A stretch of 64,000 nt of DNA from a virus. Where the stretch lies: IMG/VR virus record IMGVR_UViG_3300032294_001558; one strand, written 5' to 3'. How positions within the stretch are numbered: position 1 is the first letter of the stretch; the number at the start of each line of letters is the position of its first letter. This document shows positions 36,303 through 45,930 of this stretch, one piece after another. The position numbers and the translations under genes were made by a program. The notes beneath the pieces were generated by a model. That model did no database searches and had not been told where the DNA came from. It saw only the letters and a list, made by a program, of their open reading frames with translations.

Positions 36303-36524
36303 TTAGAACTCTTGCAAAATTTCGTTGGCGTTCCAAGCAATAGCAGCGGCAACCATCACGGCTGTCTCAAACCGCCGCACCTGTTCCCGCACCCGGGTTG
36401 CGTGTTTCCCGCGCCTGCGATTGCTGGTTGAAATCACGCGCCAATCTTTGTCAAGCGAGCCTAGCCACGCAAGCGACCTATTGCTGATTTTTACAACGCC
36501 AAAGTCCGTCACTATTACGTCCAT
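36303..36524 (-). CDS. hypothetical early protein
   Basis: ATG 36524 (MDVIVTDFG...). The track start 36545 is a TTG. Confidence 0.35.
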   Translation of the reverse strand: MDVIVTDFGVVKISNRSLAWLGSLDKDWRVISTSNRRRGKHATRVREQVRRFETAVMVAAAIAWNANEILQEF

Positions 36525-36624
36525 GAGTTTTAACCCTTCACTCAACCGGACAAGCCCAGGCAGGCTATCTCGCTCCGGTCAAGCCAAGTCGTGGGGCTTT
36601 CCGGTTACTTCTACGTTCGGCCTC

Positions 36625-36897
36625 TTACTGCGCGCCACCGCAGGTCACGATGTACGGCGGCTCCCACGGCGGGCGCGGCACCCATGTCGGTGCCGGCAGC
36701 GTCACGGGCACAAACACCGGCTGCACAGTCGGCATCGGCCCAATCCACTCCGGCCGCTGTTCGGCGCGGCGGCGTTGCTCTGCCAGCAGCGCCTTCAGGT
36801 GCGCCAGCAGCGGCTCGTAGCGCGGCTGCCCGGTGCCGCACTCGCGCACCTTTTTGTCCGCCACCTCTATCGCTTGCGCCAGTTCTTCGTTGGTCAT
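36625..36897 (-). CDS. hypothetical early protein
   Basis: A G-rich SD lies upstream of ATG 36897 (MTNEELAQAIE...). Confidence 0.35.
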   Translation of the reverse strand: MTNEELAQAIEVADKKVRECGTGQPRYEPLLAHLKALLAEQRRRAEQRPEWIGPMPTVQPVFVPVTLPAPTWVPRPPWEPPYIVTCGGAQ

Positions 36898-36917
36898 CGT
36901 TCCCCCCACGTTAAGCA

Positions 36918-37211
36918 TCATACAAGCCCCGCCGCTTTAAGTTCTGCGCTTGACAGCAGTTTGTTCATGTACTCGCCGGGGATGCCTTCGACTTGCGCCG
37001 CCTGAATCTCGCCGCCCGGGTTGATGCCCAGCGCCCACGCCTTTTGGTACGCGTGTATGAAGCCCGGCGCTTCCACGATGCACACGCCCAGAAACTGCTG
37101 GCCCTTCGGCTTTTCAGGGTCGCAGAACGACATCCACCACAGCACGGGGGGGTTGTCCTGCTCTTCGGCCAGCAGAAGCTCCTTGAGTTCCTGCACTTGC
37201 GGTTCGTTCAT
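36918..37211 (-). CDS. hypothetical early protein (start ambiguous; ORF is open to 37499)
   Basis: GAGGTGG lies 4 nt upstream of ATG 37211 (MNEPQVQELKELL...). See the finding on frame ambiguity. Confidence 0.35.
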   Translation of the reverse strand: MNEPQVQELKELLLAEEQDNPPVLWWMSFCDPEKPKGQQFLGVCIVEAPGFIHAYQKAWALGINPGGEIQAAQVEGIPGEYMNKLLSSAELKAAGLV

Positions 37212-37600
37212 CGTGCCACCTCTGCATGTTAGGCCGCCCAGGCTCTTACGTGTCACTTCGTACACCTCGTACCGCATCCCCGTGTCGTCGTTCGCGTACT
37301 GACCCAGGTAGTGGGCCGCTTCGCGCTCGGCCTCTTCGCGCGTTGAGGCGGTGCCGCCCGCGTGCCAATCGTCGTCTTTGCTGGGCTCGCGCCCAGCGCA
37401 ATTGGGAAGACCCCCCAGAAGTCCGCGGACGGCCAGATGCTGAGAGCCAAGTATGCGGACGCTCCCACCCAGCCACCGTAGCACAGTCGTGCGAGACACG
37501 TTGATCTCGCACTCGACGCGGCGTCTGCACTCGTGGATTCAGTAGTCATCGGTTTTCCTCTTTAGGCCGCAAAAAATCCCGCCGCGCCTCCGCGTGCGGC

Positions 37601-37951
37601 TCAACTTCTACGTTGGGCATCACCAACAACCCAGTATTGGCGCGGCGCCGTCGCCTTGAATTGCATGCTGTCCACGCATTGCACCACGGAAGTACAGCCA
37701 CCAGACTTTATGGTGAAGTGGGCGCAAAGGCGGCAGTCACGCGGCCACAAGTTCAGGGCTGCATTACGCGCCGCTTCAGCCTCGCGCATAGCGTAGGCAA
37801 TCCACTCCGCCACGTCCGCGCTGTCTCCCAGCGTGGTCTCCCCAACCGCGCCCGCCTCATAGGCGGCAAAGGCCAAGCCATCCAGCGCTTTGCGCACGGG
37901 GGATAACCCCTCGGTCAACCGGACCTTGGCCGGCGTTGCGTCGTCATTCAT
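37601..37951 (-). CDS. hypothetical early protein
   Basis: 116 aa. AGGAG lies upstream of the ATG. Confidence 0.4.
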   Translation of the reverse strand: MNDDATPAKVRLTEGLSPVRKALDGLAFAAYEAGAVGETTLGDSADVAEWIAYAMREAEAARNAALNLWPRDCRLCAHFTIKSGGCTSVVQCVDSMQFKATAPRQYWVVGDAQRRS

Positions 37952-37979
37952 CGTTACTCCTTCCGGCCAAGGCCGGTTT

Positions 37980-38285
37980 TCACTGCGGCAGGGCAGCGTG
38001 AACGACCTCGTACCCGGCGCCGCGCAGCGCTTCGGCGTGGTCTAGACCGCCGCTGTAGCTGCCTTCCAACTCGCCAAAGCTCTTGCACCGGCCATCTTCC
38101 GTCGCCGGAAAGATGTAGGTTTCCGGGCCGCCGAACATCGCCACCGTCGCAGACACGATCACGAATCCGTGTGTCTCCACAGTCTTGCCGTCGTAGTCGA
38201 TAGCCACCAGCGGCGGCAGCAGCGTGTAGAGCCGGGCGTCGCCGGTCCAGCCTTCGAGGTTCTTCACAAACACTGCTTGGTTCAT
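37980..38285 (-). CDS. hypothetical early protein
   Basis: 101 aa. GGAGAG lies upstream of the ATG. Confidence 0.45.
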   Translation of the reverse strand: MNQAVFVKNLEGWTGDARLYTLLPPLVAIDYDGKTVETHGFVIVSATVAMFGGPETYIFPATEDGRCKSFGELEGSYSGGLDHAEALRGAGYEVVHAALPQ

Positions 38286-38324
38286 CTCTGCTCTCCTGCC
38301 GCGCGTGGCGGCTTGTCTCGAACG

Positions 38325-38714
38325 TTAGGCGCCGGGCAGCGGCTGTCGGCCGCTAGCTATTTCTTCTGCGCACCAGTCGGCCACCTGTCGCATAGTGGCG
38401 CTTCCAACGCGGCCATACACAGCAGACCGGCAGACCTTCGCACACCGCTCGCGCTCTGCGGCCACGGCGGCAGCAATCCGACGCTCTTGTTCCTGCCAAG
38501 CCCACAGCCCATGCAGCGACATCATCGGTCCGTGCAGCGTCATAGTGCCTCTTTGATCCAGCGCGTCGGGCAGGTAGTAGGTCTTGCACCACGCGGCATA
38601 GTCTGCGGTTGTGCGCTCAAAAAATCCGCGTTCCGGCACCTGTGCGTCTGGTTCAACCGGACCCGCCACGGTGGGCTGCGTCGTCTCGTTCATCGTCGCC
38701 CACTTCTTCGCCAT
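38325..38714 (-). CDS. hypothetical early protein (start uncertain)
   Basis: 129-aa ORF. Its 5' end overlaps a well-signalled 37-codon ORF at 38653..38766. Confidence 0.4.
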   Translation of the reverse strand: MAKKWATMNETTQPTVAGPVEPDAQVPERGFFERTTADYAAWCKTYYLPDALDQRGTMTLHGPMMSLHGLWAWQEQERRIAAAVAAERERCAKVCRSAVYGRVGSATMRQVADWCAEEIASGRQPLPGA

Positions 38715-38948
38715 CCTGCTCGATCAAGCCTTCGGTCAGGGCGTACTTGCTATTCCAAATCTTCATTCGTTTCTCCGGTTGTATAGTCAAATTAAAGTGA
38801 GGGGGGAACGTAGATTCCTAGCCCCCTCGTTCTAGGTATTGGAGTGCCGTGCCCTGAACACACTTCGTGGGCGGGAGAGCACGGCTCTGTTTATGCTTTT
38901 CATCTACGAGGTACTTACATAAACAGGTATGAAAGCCCCGCCACGTTG

Positions 38949-39161
38949 CTATATCAATCCACGTCGAATGACTAGCGCTACTGCATGCGTAATCGTTTTC
39001 GCCTGAAGCTTTCTACGAATTTCGGATGAGTAGTACTCTGTAGTCTTTACAACTACATTGAGTTCACTTGCCGCCTGTTTACGTGACATCCCCTGCGCGA
39101 GCAGGGTGAGATACAGAATCTCGACCTCGGACAGCTTGTCGCTTTTCCCGGGCAGGGCCAT
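38949..39161 (-). CDS. LuxR/GerE-type HTH transcription regulator (70 aa)
   Basis: GAGGTGG lies upstream of ATG 39161. LSEVEILYLTLLAQGMSRKQAASELNVVVKTTEYYSSEIRRKL is a GerE-type HTH. Confidence 0.6.
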   Translation of the reverse strand: MALPGKSDKLSEVEILYLTLLAQGMSRKQAASELNVVVKTTEYYSSEIRRKLQAKTITHAVALVIRRGLI

Positions 39162-39285
39162 CACCACCTCGCATCTTCCTCCTGGCGAGTGGCCGGCTCT
39201 GGGCGTGCGCGAGGGGGCTTGTTGGTATACCACTGCCCGCCCTCGCTGTAAATGAGGAACGGCCACCCGGCCCGGGGGCGATTCT

Positions 39286-39495
39286 TCAGTCCGTGGACCC
39301 AGCCGTGTGGGTCGCCCGCAGTGCCTCCTTGAGGCGCGCGATCCGGGCTGTGTACTTCTGCACCAGGGACTCGGCCTCTTCGCGATGCGCGTGCGCCAGC
39401 AGAAGCATTCGCTTCGCATCTTCCAGATGCCGCACCATCATCACCTCCGCAGTCGGGGGCTGGAACAGTGCTTGGATTTGGCGTAGCCATTTCAT
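39286..39495 (-). CDS. hypothetical early protein (coiled-coil)
   Basis: 69 aa. AGGAGC lies 5 nt upstream of the ATG. Confidence 0.4.
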   Translation of the reverse strand: MKWLRQIQALFQPPTAEVMMVRHLEDAKRMLLLAHAHREEAESLVQKYTARIARLKEALRATHTAGSTD

Positions 39496-39604
39496 CTATC
39501 GCTCCTAGAAATAAAAACACTCTGCCGAAGCAGAGTGTTTAGTGGTGCAGCGCTGGGGTGGGGCAGCGCTGCGGGTTCAAACACATCCCACCATTTGTCT
39601 TTTG

Positions 39605-39853
39605 TCAGGCAGTGCGCCAGACGCGGATGCCGTCCGAAACCTTCGCGGTAGTCCACTCACCGCCCTCGATGCGCTTTTTGGCAACGAGGAGCTTACGGCG
39701 CCACGAATCGACCACCTTCTTGTCGTTGGGGTCACACTGGATGAGGAAGCTGTCGCCAATGTCCATGTCAGCCAGAGGGAAAGCGGTCGGCTTGCGGCCA
39801 CGCCCACCACGGTTAGTGACTTGAGGGATACCAGCTTCGACTTGGAAGTTCAT
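39605..39853 (-). CDS. hypothetical protein, paralog of 22817..23041
   Basis: 82 aa. Contains MDIGDSFLI and a C-terminal GIRVWR. Confidence 0.45.
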   Translation of the reverse strand: MNFQVEAGIPQVTNRGGRGRKPTAFPLADMDIGDSFLIQCDPNDKKVVDSWRRKLLVAKKRIEGGEWTTAKVSDGIRVWRTA

Positions 39854-39934
39854 CTATTTTCCTTGCGGCCTCCCGGGCAGCGGGAAGCGAAAAGTTGTTT
39901 GTGGCTGCCCCACGAAAAGCACATTCTACTACGA

Positions 39935-40186
39935 TTAGTCAGGCTCGATCCAGTAGGCGCCCCCTATTTTGACACCGATACCTTTGACTTTTACATTTTC
40001 CCCCGCTACGTCCAAGAAACGTATAGCGTCCTGCAACCACAAAGGCAGCAGGTCTAGGCGGTAAGATCCTTGTGTTTGTGCGATAGCTTGTGGTAAGCGG
40101 GGGTAGATGGTCAATCGGTACAAACCCGTATAGCACGTAACACAATACGTTGTTTCTGGATTGCGTGGATCGTCTATGGTGTGCAT
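39935..40186 (-). CDS. hypothetical protein
   Basis: 83-aa ORF abutting 40187..40465. Confidence 0.4.
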   Translation of the reverse strand: MHTIDDPRNPETTYCVTCYTGLYRLTIYPRLPQAIAQTQGSYRLDLLPLWLQDAIRFLDVAGENVKVKGIGVKIGGAYWIEPD

Positions 40187-40465
40187 TTATGCCTTCTCTT
40201 TTTCTGCGCGTTCCCTCTCTTCCAACATTTTTTGATTTTGCAGCGCTTGGTGGAAGTGGGCAGGCCCGATGGCGCGCAGGGTGGGCATGTCTTCGATATT
40301 TAGAAGTTTCGCATACCCTTTATCTCCCCCTTCTTCCCACCTAGTATCGTAGGTGTATACGTCTTGTCCTTGACACGCTTCAAAGATCGCGAGTGCTGCT
40401 TTTTTAGGCATGACGATGTTTCTGTACCCAAAACTAATGATGATTAAATCGAAGTTTTTATCCAT
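40187..40465 (-). CDS. hypothetical protein
   Basis: 92-aa ORF directly downstream of GY copy A. Confidence 0.45.
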   Translation of the reverse strand: MDKNFDLIIISFGYRNIVMPKKAALAIFEACQGQDVYTYDTRWEEGGDKGYAKLLNIEDMPTLRAIGPAHFHQALQNQKMLEERERAEKEKA

Positions 40466-40510
40466 GTTTGTTCCTTACAGTTTGTGTGTTGACACCCGAT
40501 CCCGAAAACT

Positions 40511-40738
40511 CTAGAAATGCGGTGGGGGGCGTGATAGGTAATCACCGCTGCCGTTGCCGTAGCCGTCGCCATAGCCGTTGCCGTTGCCGTAGCTGTTGCC
40601 GTAGTAGCCGGAGCCGTCGCCGTAGCCGTCGCCGCTGCCGTCGCCGTAGCCGTAGCCGTAGCCGTCGCCGTAGCCGTCGCCGGAGCCACACATCACTGCT
40701 CCGGCTGTGTACCACATGAAAAACGATACGTCAGACAA
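40511..40738 (-). CDS. Gly/Tyr/Asp-repeat mini-protein, copy A
   Basis: AGGAGG-cgca-TTG start. MSDVSFFMWYTAGAVMCG, then a (G-Y/D/N/S)n core, then the tail ...RPPPHF. Confidence 0.55.
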   Translation of the reverse strand: MSDVSFFMWYTAGAVMCGSGDGYGDGYGYGYGDGSGDGYGDGSGYYGNSYGNGNGYGDGYGNGSGDYLSRPPPHF

Positions 40739-40746
40739 TGCGCCTC

Positions 40747-41127
40747 CTAGAAATGCAATAGGGCATCCGACTCAAAATCGCCGTCGCCGTAGCCGTAGCC
40801 GTCGCCGGAGCCATAGCCGTCGCCGTAGACGTCGGCGTAGCCGTTGCCGCCGCCGTAGACGTCGGCGTAGCCGTTGCCGTAGCCGTCGCCGTCGCCGTCG
40901 CCGTAGCCGTAGCCGTGGCCGTAGCCGTTGCCGTAGCCGTGGCCGTAGCCGTCGCCGTCGCCGTCGCCGTAGCCGTAGCCGTGGCCGTAGCCGTTGCCGT
41001 AGCCGTGGCCGTAGCCGTCGCCGTAGCCGACGCCGTTGCCGTAGCCGGAGCCGGCGCCGTCGCCGTAGCCGGAGCCAAACATCACTGCTCCGGCTGTGTA
41101 CCACATGAAAAATGATACGTCAGACAA
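40747..41127 (-). CDS. Gly/Tyr/Asp-repeat mini-protein, copy B (longest)
   Basis: AGGAGG-taca-TTG at 41127; the track ORF runs on to 41334 without signals. Same N-terminus, tail GDFESDALLHF. The stop TAG is part of copy A's SD. Confidence 0.55.
   Translation of the reverse strand: MSDVSFFMWYTAGAVMFGSGYGDGAGSGYGNGVGYGDGYGHGYGNGYGHGYGYGDGDGDGYGHGYGNGYGHGYGYGDGDGDGYGNGYADVYGGGNGYADVYGDGYGSGDGYGYGDGDFESDALLHF
40885..41016. repeat. perfect 66-bp tandem duplication inside GY copy B
   Basis: Units 40885..40950 and 40951..41016 are identical. Each is built of 11 GCCGTN-type hexamers and duplicates 22 aa. Confidence 0.8.
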
Positions 41128-41164
41128 TGTACCTCCTAAATCCGCAATATCTCCTGCGGAGTTA

Positions 41165-42373
41165 CTACGCCGGTACATAGAGAGACACCCCGCAAGGGGC
41201 AGTAATACCTTTAGTGCTGATGCACCACAGCACCGGGGCGTTCCATTCGCCCCAGTTTTTGCCCACATAGCCGTCAGTAAAGTGGATGATGCAGTCGGGC
41301 TTAATACCTTTAGCAGCGAGGTAACGAGAGACACTGGTCGGGTCCGTACCGCCGCCGCCCTTGGGCTTAGTCACATCTGCGATAGACGTAACAGCATCGC
41401 CTTCGTATACCTCATGAGCGGCTACTGTCGTGTCCCAGTAAATCACATCGACGATCTCGGGCTTGACCGTCTCGCAGGCACTGACGATCTCGGTCATAGC
41501 ACGCCGGAGTTGTGCTTCGCCGATTGACCCACTAGTGTCGCAGGTAACTACAACGCGCTTCATCGTTTCACTGATCCTGCTCGGCATGTACGCATCCTGC
41601 GCCATCCACCTACGCGACGGTTTGCGCCACGTTGACATATCGCTACCAGCAGCATGCGTGCGGTAAAAATCTTTCAGTTGATCGCGCCAGTCAACAGTGA
41701 CTTCCAACAGGTCTTTGATACTACGATCTACGTTAGCACCCATCTTGCCAGCAGCAATAACGGCTTGCCGGATAGCGGTATCAACGGCCTTGGCAACTTC
41801 CGTCGCTTCCGACGCGCCCAGCGCTTCGCCTGACTTGCGGCTACTGCCATCCCCAGGTGCGGACTTAGCCGGCCGATGCTCGTCCATTGGTTGGGCTTTG
41901 CCGCCGCTAGCGCTGCGTTGCGCTTTCTGTTGTTGTTGTCGTTGCTGTTTCATCCGGCGATAGACCTCACCCGTATCCATCCCTTCGTACTGGTAATCGA
42001 GGATGGCGTGCGGCCACACCGTCAGCCAGTTGTCCGCCCCCTTGCCAGCGAGCTTATCGAGTTGAAGGTTGATTACCGCATCCGCCGCTATGTTGGCGGT
42101 ATCAGAGTCTTCGTCCCACAGATGCTTCCAAGTGATCATATGGAGGTAGAGCACGTGATAGTACTCGTGCAGCACAACGAAACGCAGTGTAGCGTCGTCC
42201 AGCGTGTCGATGAATTGACGGCCGACGAGTACATCACGGCCGTTAGTAGCCGCGGTGGGGAGTCCATCCGCAACAATACAGTCGCCGGTCATCATGATAC
42301 CCGACAAGGCGATGAACCTTGGTTCGCGCATGATCGCAACTCGCGCCCGTAGAAGTCTGTCTTGCTGGTTCAT
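41165..42373 (-). CDS. zincin metallopeptidase-like + VWA domain protein (DUF2201-type)
   Basis: 402 aa. N-terminal VVLHEYYHVLYLH (HExxH). C-terminal VVTCDTSGSI is a MIDAS-like DxSGS. Usual partner of MoxR-type ATPases. Confidence 0.7.
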   Translation of the reverse strand: MNQQDRLLRARVAIMREPRFIALSGIMMTGDCIVADGLPTAATNGRDVLVGRQFIDTLDDATLRFVVLHEYYHVLYLHMITWKHLWDEDSDTANIAADAVINLQLDKLAGKGADNWLTVWPHAILDYQYEGMDTGEVYRRMKQQRQQQQKAQRSASGGKAQPMDEHRPAKSAPGDGSSRKSGEALGASEATEVAKAVDTAIRQAVIAAGKMGANVDRSIKDLLEVTVDWRDQLKDFYRTHAAGSDMSTWRKPSRRWMAQDAYMPSRISETMKRVVVTCDTSGSIGEAQLRRAMTEIVSACETVKPEIVDVIYWDTTVAAHEVYEGDAVTSIADVTKPKGGGGTDPTSVSRYLAAKGIKPDCIIHFTDGYVGKNWGEWNAPVLWCISTKGITAPCGVSLYVPA

Positions 42374-42382
42374 ATCTCGCTC

Positions 42383-42676
42383 CTAAAAATGCAGTGGGGC
42401 ATCCGACTCAAAATCGCCGTAGCCGTGGCCGTAGCTGTCGCCATAACCGTCGCCGTAGCCGTCGCCGAGGCCGTTGCCGTTGCCGTCGCCGTAGCCGTTG
42501 CCGTAGCCGTCGCCATAGCCGTTGCCGTTGCCGTAGCTGTTGCCGTAGTAGCCGGAGCCGTAGCCGTAGCCGCGGCCGTTGCCGTTGCCGTAGCCGTCGC
42601 CGTAGCCGTAGCCGTAGCCGGAGCCAAACATCACTGCTCCGGCTGTGTACCACATGAAAAATGATACGTCAGACAA
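42383..42676 (-). CDS. Gly/Tyr/Asp-repeat mini-protein, copy C
   Basis: AGGAGG-cgca-TTG start. Conserved N-terminus and tail GDFESDAPLHF. The stop TAG lies in the SD of the VWA gene. Confidence 0.55.
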   Translation of the reverse strand: MSDVSFFMWYTAGAVMFGSGYGYGYGDGYGNGNGRGYGYGSGYYGNSYGNGNGYGDGYGNGYGDGNGNGLGDGYGDGYGDSYGHGYGDFESDAPLHF

Positions 42677-42684
42677 TGCGCCTC

Positions 42685-42972
42685 CTAGAAATGCAGTGGG
42701 GCATTCGACTCAAAATCACCGTAGCCGTCGCCGTAGCCGAGGCCGTAGCCGTCGCCGCTGCCGTCGCCGTAGCCATAGCCGAAGCCGAAGCTATAGCCGT
42801 AGCCGTAGCCGTAGCCGTAGCTAGCGCCGTTGCCGAGGCTGTAGCCATAGCCTTCGCCATAGCTGTTGCCGTCGCCGTAGCCGTCGCCGTAGCCGTTTCC
42901 GTCGCCGTCGCCAAACATCACTGCTCCGGCTGTGTACCACATGAAAAATGATACGTCAGTAGTAGCGCTCAC
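42685..42972 (-). CDS. Gly/Tyr/Asp-repeat mini-protein, copy D
   Basis: GTG start 7 nt after the ATPase stop. MSATTDVSFFMWYTAGAVMFG..., tail GDFESNAPLHF. Confidence 0.5.
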   Translation of the reverse strand: MSATTDVSFFMWYTAGAVMFGDGDGNGYGDGYGDGNSYGEGYGYSLGNGASYGYGYGYGYSFGFGYGYGDGSGDGYGLGYGDGYGDFESNAPLHF

Positions 42973-43916
42973 GACTTTATCACTTCATCAGCCAGTGCGA
43001 GTCCCGGACCCAGTCAGTAAAGCTAGCGTTCAGAACGGCCCACGTCTTATTACGGGTACGAAGCAGTGATGTAGCAAAGACACACTGCACTTCTTTCGGT
43101 AGCCGCTTAACGTAAATCATCACGTTGTCTAGCGTGTCTTCTTCTGTACGCATGACGGCGCGAAACACCGTCATCATGATAGCGGCCGGGTTGTCTGGCA
43201 CCGGGGCCTTGTCCGGAGTATTGGCAATCAACGCCCAGGCAGGCAGTTTATCGGCCAACTCAACGAACGCCATCAAGTCAAACGCAGCGCGGGGGCCAAT
43301 GTTGCCTGCGATGGCAGCCAGTGTGATGTCGGGGTCGTTGATCGAAGCGCGCCGGTCTTCGCGAAGCTCGATGCTCGCAAGGTACAGCGAGCGGGGCGAA
43401 ACAAACGAGCGGCGCTTATCGCGGGGGTGGAACCCATACGGGAAATCCTCGGGCTTATCGTAGTCCTTGAAAGTGCCGAACAACTTATCCTGTTCTTCCT
43501 TGGCCCAGGCCAACATAGCTTCGTGGACTTGGTTACGCAGGCCCCACTCGACCCACTCGTCGGCAGTCGGATTGCGCATCTCGATGAACGAGACACGATT
43601 GCAGGAATGCGCCTGAAACAGATCGCCCACGCCCTCGGCCCCGAGGTTGGTTGCACCGAAGACGATGCTGCCCGGGGGCAGCGGCACCGCCCCCACCCTG
43701 CGTTCAAGCATCACGGGCAGGAGGGCGTTCTGCACTGGGCGGGAAGCCTTGCCGATCTCGTCTAGGTTAATGACCATTGGCTTTGTGCCGTCGCCAACCA
43801 GCAACACATTCGGCAGGAACTCCACGATCCGCCGCTCTTTGTCCACCGAGGGGATCTGCACATCACCTACGTCCCACTGGGTGCAGTCCACCGTCACCAC
43901 GTTATACGTGTTGGGG

Positions 43917-44325
<409 letters not shown>

Positions 44326-44336
<11 letters not shown>

Positions 44337-44589
44337 GCTTCATCCAAACTCCATTGCAATCGATGAAGTGGCAAAGCCGGTTTTTCGGAACCATCACGGG
44401 CGGGCAGGGGTCCAGTGCAGAGCCTTTCTGCGGGCCCTCGATAGCGAGTTGTCCGAAGCCGTTGGTAGTAGCCGACTTACGCACGTTGAGGCAGTTCGTG
44501 ATCACGTAGTAGTGATCTTCTTCAACGACGCGGCCGACATAGACGAAACCGTTATCCACGACGGCAATCTTGATTCCGAGGTCTTGCAT
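44326..44589 (-). CDS. hypothetical protein
   Basis: AGGAG lies 6 nt upstream of ATG 44589 (MQDLGIKIAVVDNGF...). The track ORF extends to 44757 without signals. Confidence 0.45.
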
Positions 44590-44641
44590 GATTACTCCTA
44601 CTAGAGAAAAGAGGGGGCCGTAGCCCCCGGGTTGGGGATTC

Positions 44642-45577
44642 TTACAGTGCGAACTTGTCAATGATATCCTGCATCGCAGTCTTCGTGCTACGCTGCAACT
44701 CGGGGGATTCCTTGAGACTGTCGATATCCACACGGGACAACGCGGTCTCCAAGGCACGTCGCGCTTCCTCCAGGCGCGGATCGTTCGTGACGTTCAAGTC
44801 ACGCAGCAGGCTTGTTAGCTCCAGCCCTTGTTCCAGCATGCTGTCGTACAGCTTGGGGCGGCGCCGCTTCTTGATCTCGACAGACACGACGTTGCCCGCG
44901 TCATCGAAAGTTTTGTTCTCCTCCACTGCGTCCGGGTCGTATTCCAGCAACGCTGACATTCGCTCTTGGACCCACTCCACTTGGGTTTTGATTCGCTGCC
45001 ACGCGTCCGCGATGGCGCCTGACACCCGTTCCGCGACCATCTTGTCATACTGCGCCCTCATTTGACGCTGTGTTTCTTGGCCGATATCGACCCGGAAGTC
45101 ACCCGAAGAAGGCAGCGGTTCGACCACGAACGAGAAGCGGAACTTGGCAGCCACCTCTTCCACGGGCGGGTACTCACTACGGTCAAACAGTGCGCCCATC
45201 TCGAAGGCTTGCTTACTGATCTCCGTGCTGTATGTATCCAAGAAGACCTGCACCAACTGCCGGACCTGACGCTCATACTTACCCACTTGATCAATCACAT
45301 CGAGATACTGCGCGGTCGTGATAAGTCGCCGGTTGTTGTCGTCCCACGGCAACGTGACACGATTGATCCATTGCCGAACCTCACCCCGCAGGGACTTGAT
45401 AGCCTCAAGCGTAGGGCACTCGCTGAACAAGTGTTTCTGCACCGTAGCGGCCTTCTTGCTACGCGCACCCTTGGCGGCGATGATCTCGTCTTTCGTCGCC
45501 TTGTCCTGCTTCCGTGCTTCCCACACGGACATATTCAGGCTGCAAAGCATGGCAGCAGTCGTGATGTCTACCGTCAC
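44642..45577 (-). CDS. DUF3150-like protein (tentative), partner of AAA+/VWA modules
   Basis: 311 aa. AGGAGAAAG lies upstream of a GTG start. The family assignment is from memory of CobS/CobT-like three-gene modules and was not searched. Confidence 0.45.
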   Translation of the reverse strand: MTVDITTAAMLCSLNMSVWEARKQDKATKDEIIAAKGARSKKAATVQKHLFSECPTLEAIKSLRGEVRQWINRVTLPWDDNNRRLITTAQYLDVIDQVGKYERQVRQLVQVFLDTYSTEISKQAFEMGALFDRSEYPPVEEVAAKFRFSFVVEPLPSSGDFRVDIGQETQRQMRAQYDKMVAERVSGAIADAWQRIKTQVEWVQERMSALLEYDPDAVEENKTFDDAGNVVSVEIKKRRRPKLYDSMLEQGLELTSLLRDLNVTNDPRLEEARRALETALSRVDIDSLKESPELQRSTKTAMQDIIDKFAL

Positions 45578-45590
45578 TTTCTTTCTCCTA

Positions 45591-45612
45591 GGTTAACCGC
45601 TAGTTAACTAGC
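45591..45612. promoter_or_regulatory. GGTTAACC-type palindrome pair
   Basis: GGTTAACCGCTAGTTAACTAGC in the 45578..45603 intergenic spacer. Confidence 0.3.
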
Positions 45613-45930
45613 GTAGTTGATAAAGCATACCTGGCATTCGCCCATCGGGCGAAGCTCTATTGTATCACCATAGTCCACGGTAATACAGCGCTTTCCTGTC
45701 CACCCGGCGATACGCTTTGCACGGCGCACGATGGCGCCACGGGATGCAGCCTGCGGTACTTCCAACGTGTACCGCCGCACCCAACAATAGTTCGGCTCCC
45801 CGTTGAAGGTGTCAGTAACCTCGATGTTGAACTTGACAATGGGGGAGGTCTTCTGTCGGTTCCCGTCTTTATCAACGTAGCCGACAGTCGCATTGAACAT
45901 ATCAGACAGAGCCTGCGCAAGCTGCTTCAT
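45604..45930 (-). CDS. hypothetical protein
   Basis: 108-aa ORF overlapping the upstream gene by 4 nt. Confidence 0.4.
   Translation of the reverse strand: MKQLAQALSDMFNATVGYVDKDGNRQKTSPIVKFNIEVTDTFNGEPNYCWVRRYTLEVPQAASRGAIVRRAKRIAGWTGKRCITVDYGDTIELRPMGECQVCFINYAS

Noticed and set aside
35979-38330. An identical 14-mer, CTCGAACGTTAGGC, at two gene junctions (35979..35992 and 38317..38330). In both it contains the upstream gene's TAA stop.
   Set aside because: Several exact 14-mer coincidences are expected by chance in 64 kb counting both strands. With only two copies, this is recorded but not claimed as a signal.
39161-39520. The 119-aa ORF bridging 39286..39495 and the GerE-type regulator. 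Its C-terminal part (WPFLIYSEGGQWYTNKPP...) looks coding.
   Set aside because: No plausible start for the protein-like part. The N-terminal two-thirds is off-frame junk overlapping a better-signalled gene. It could be a frameshifted remnant, with insufficient evidence either way.
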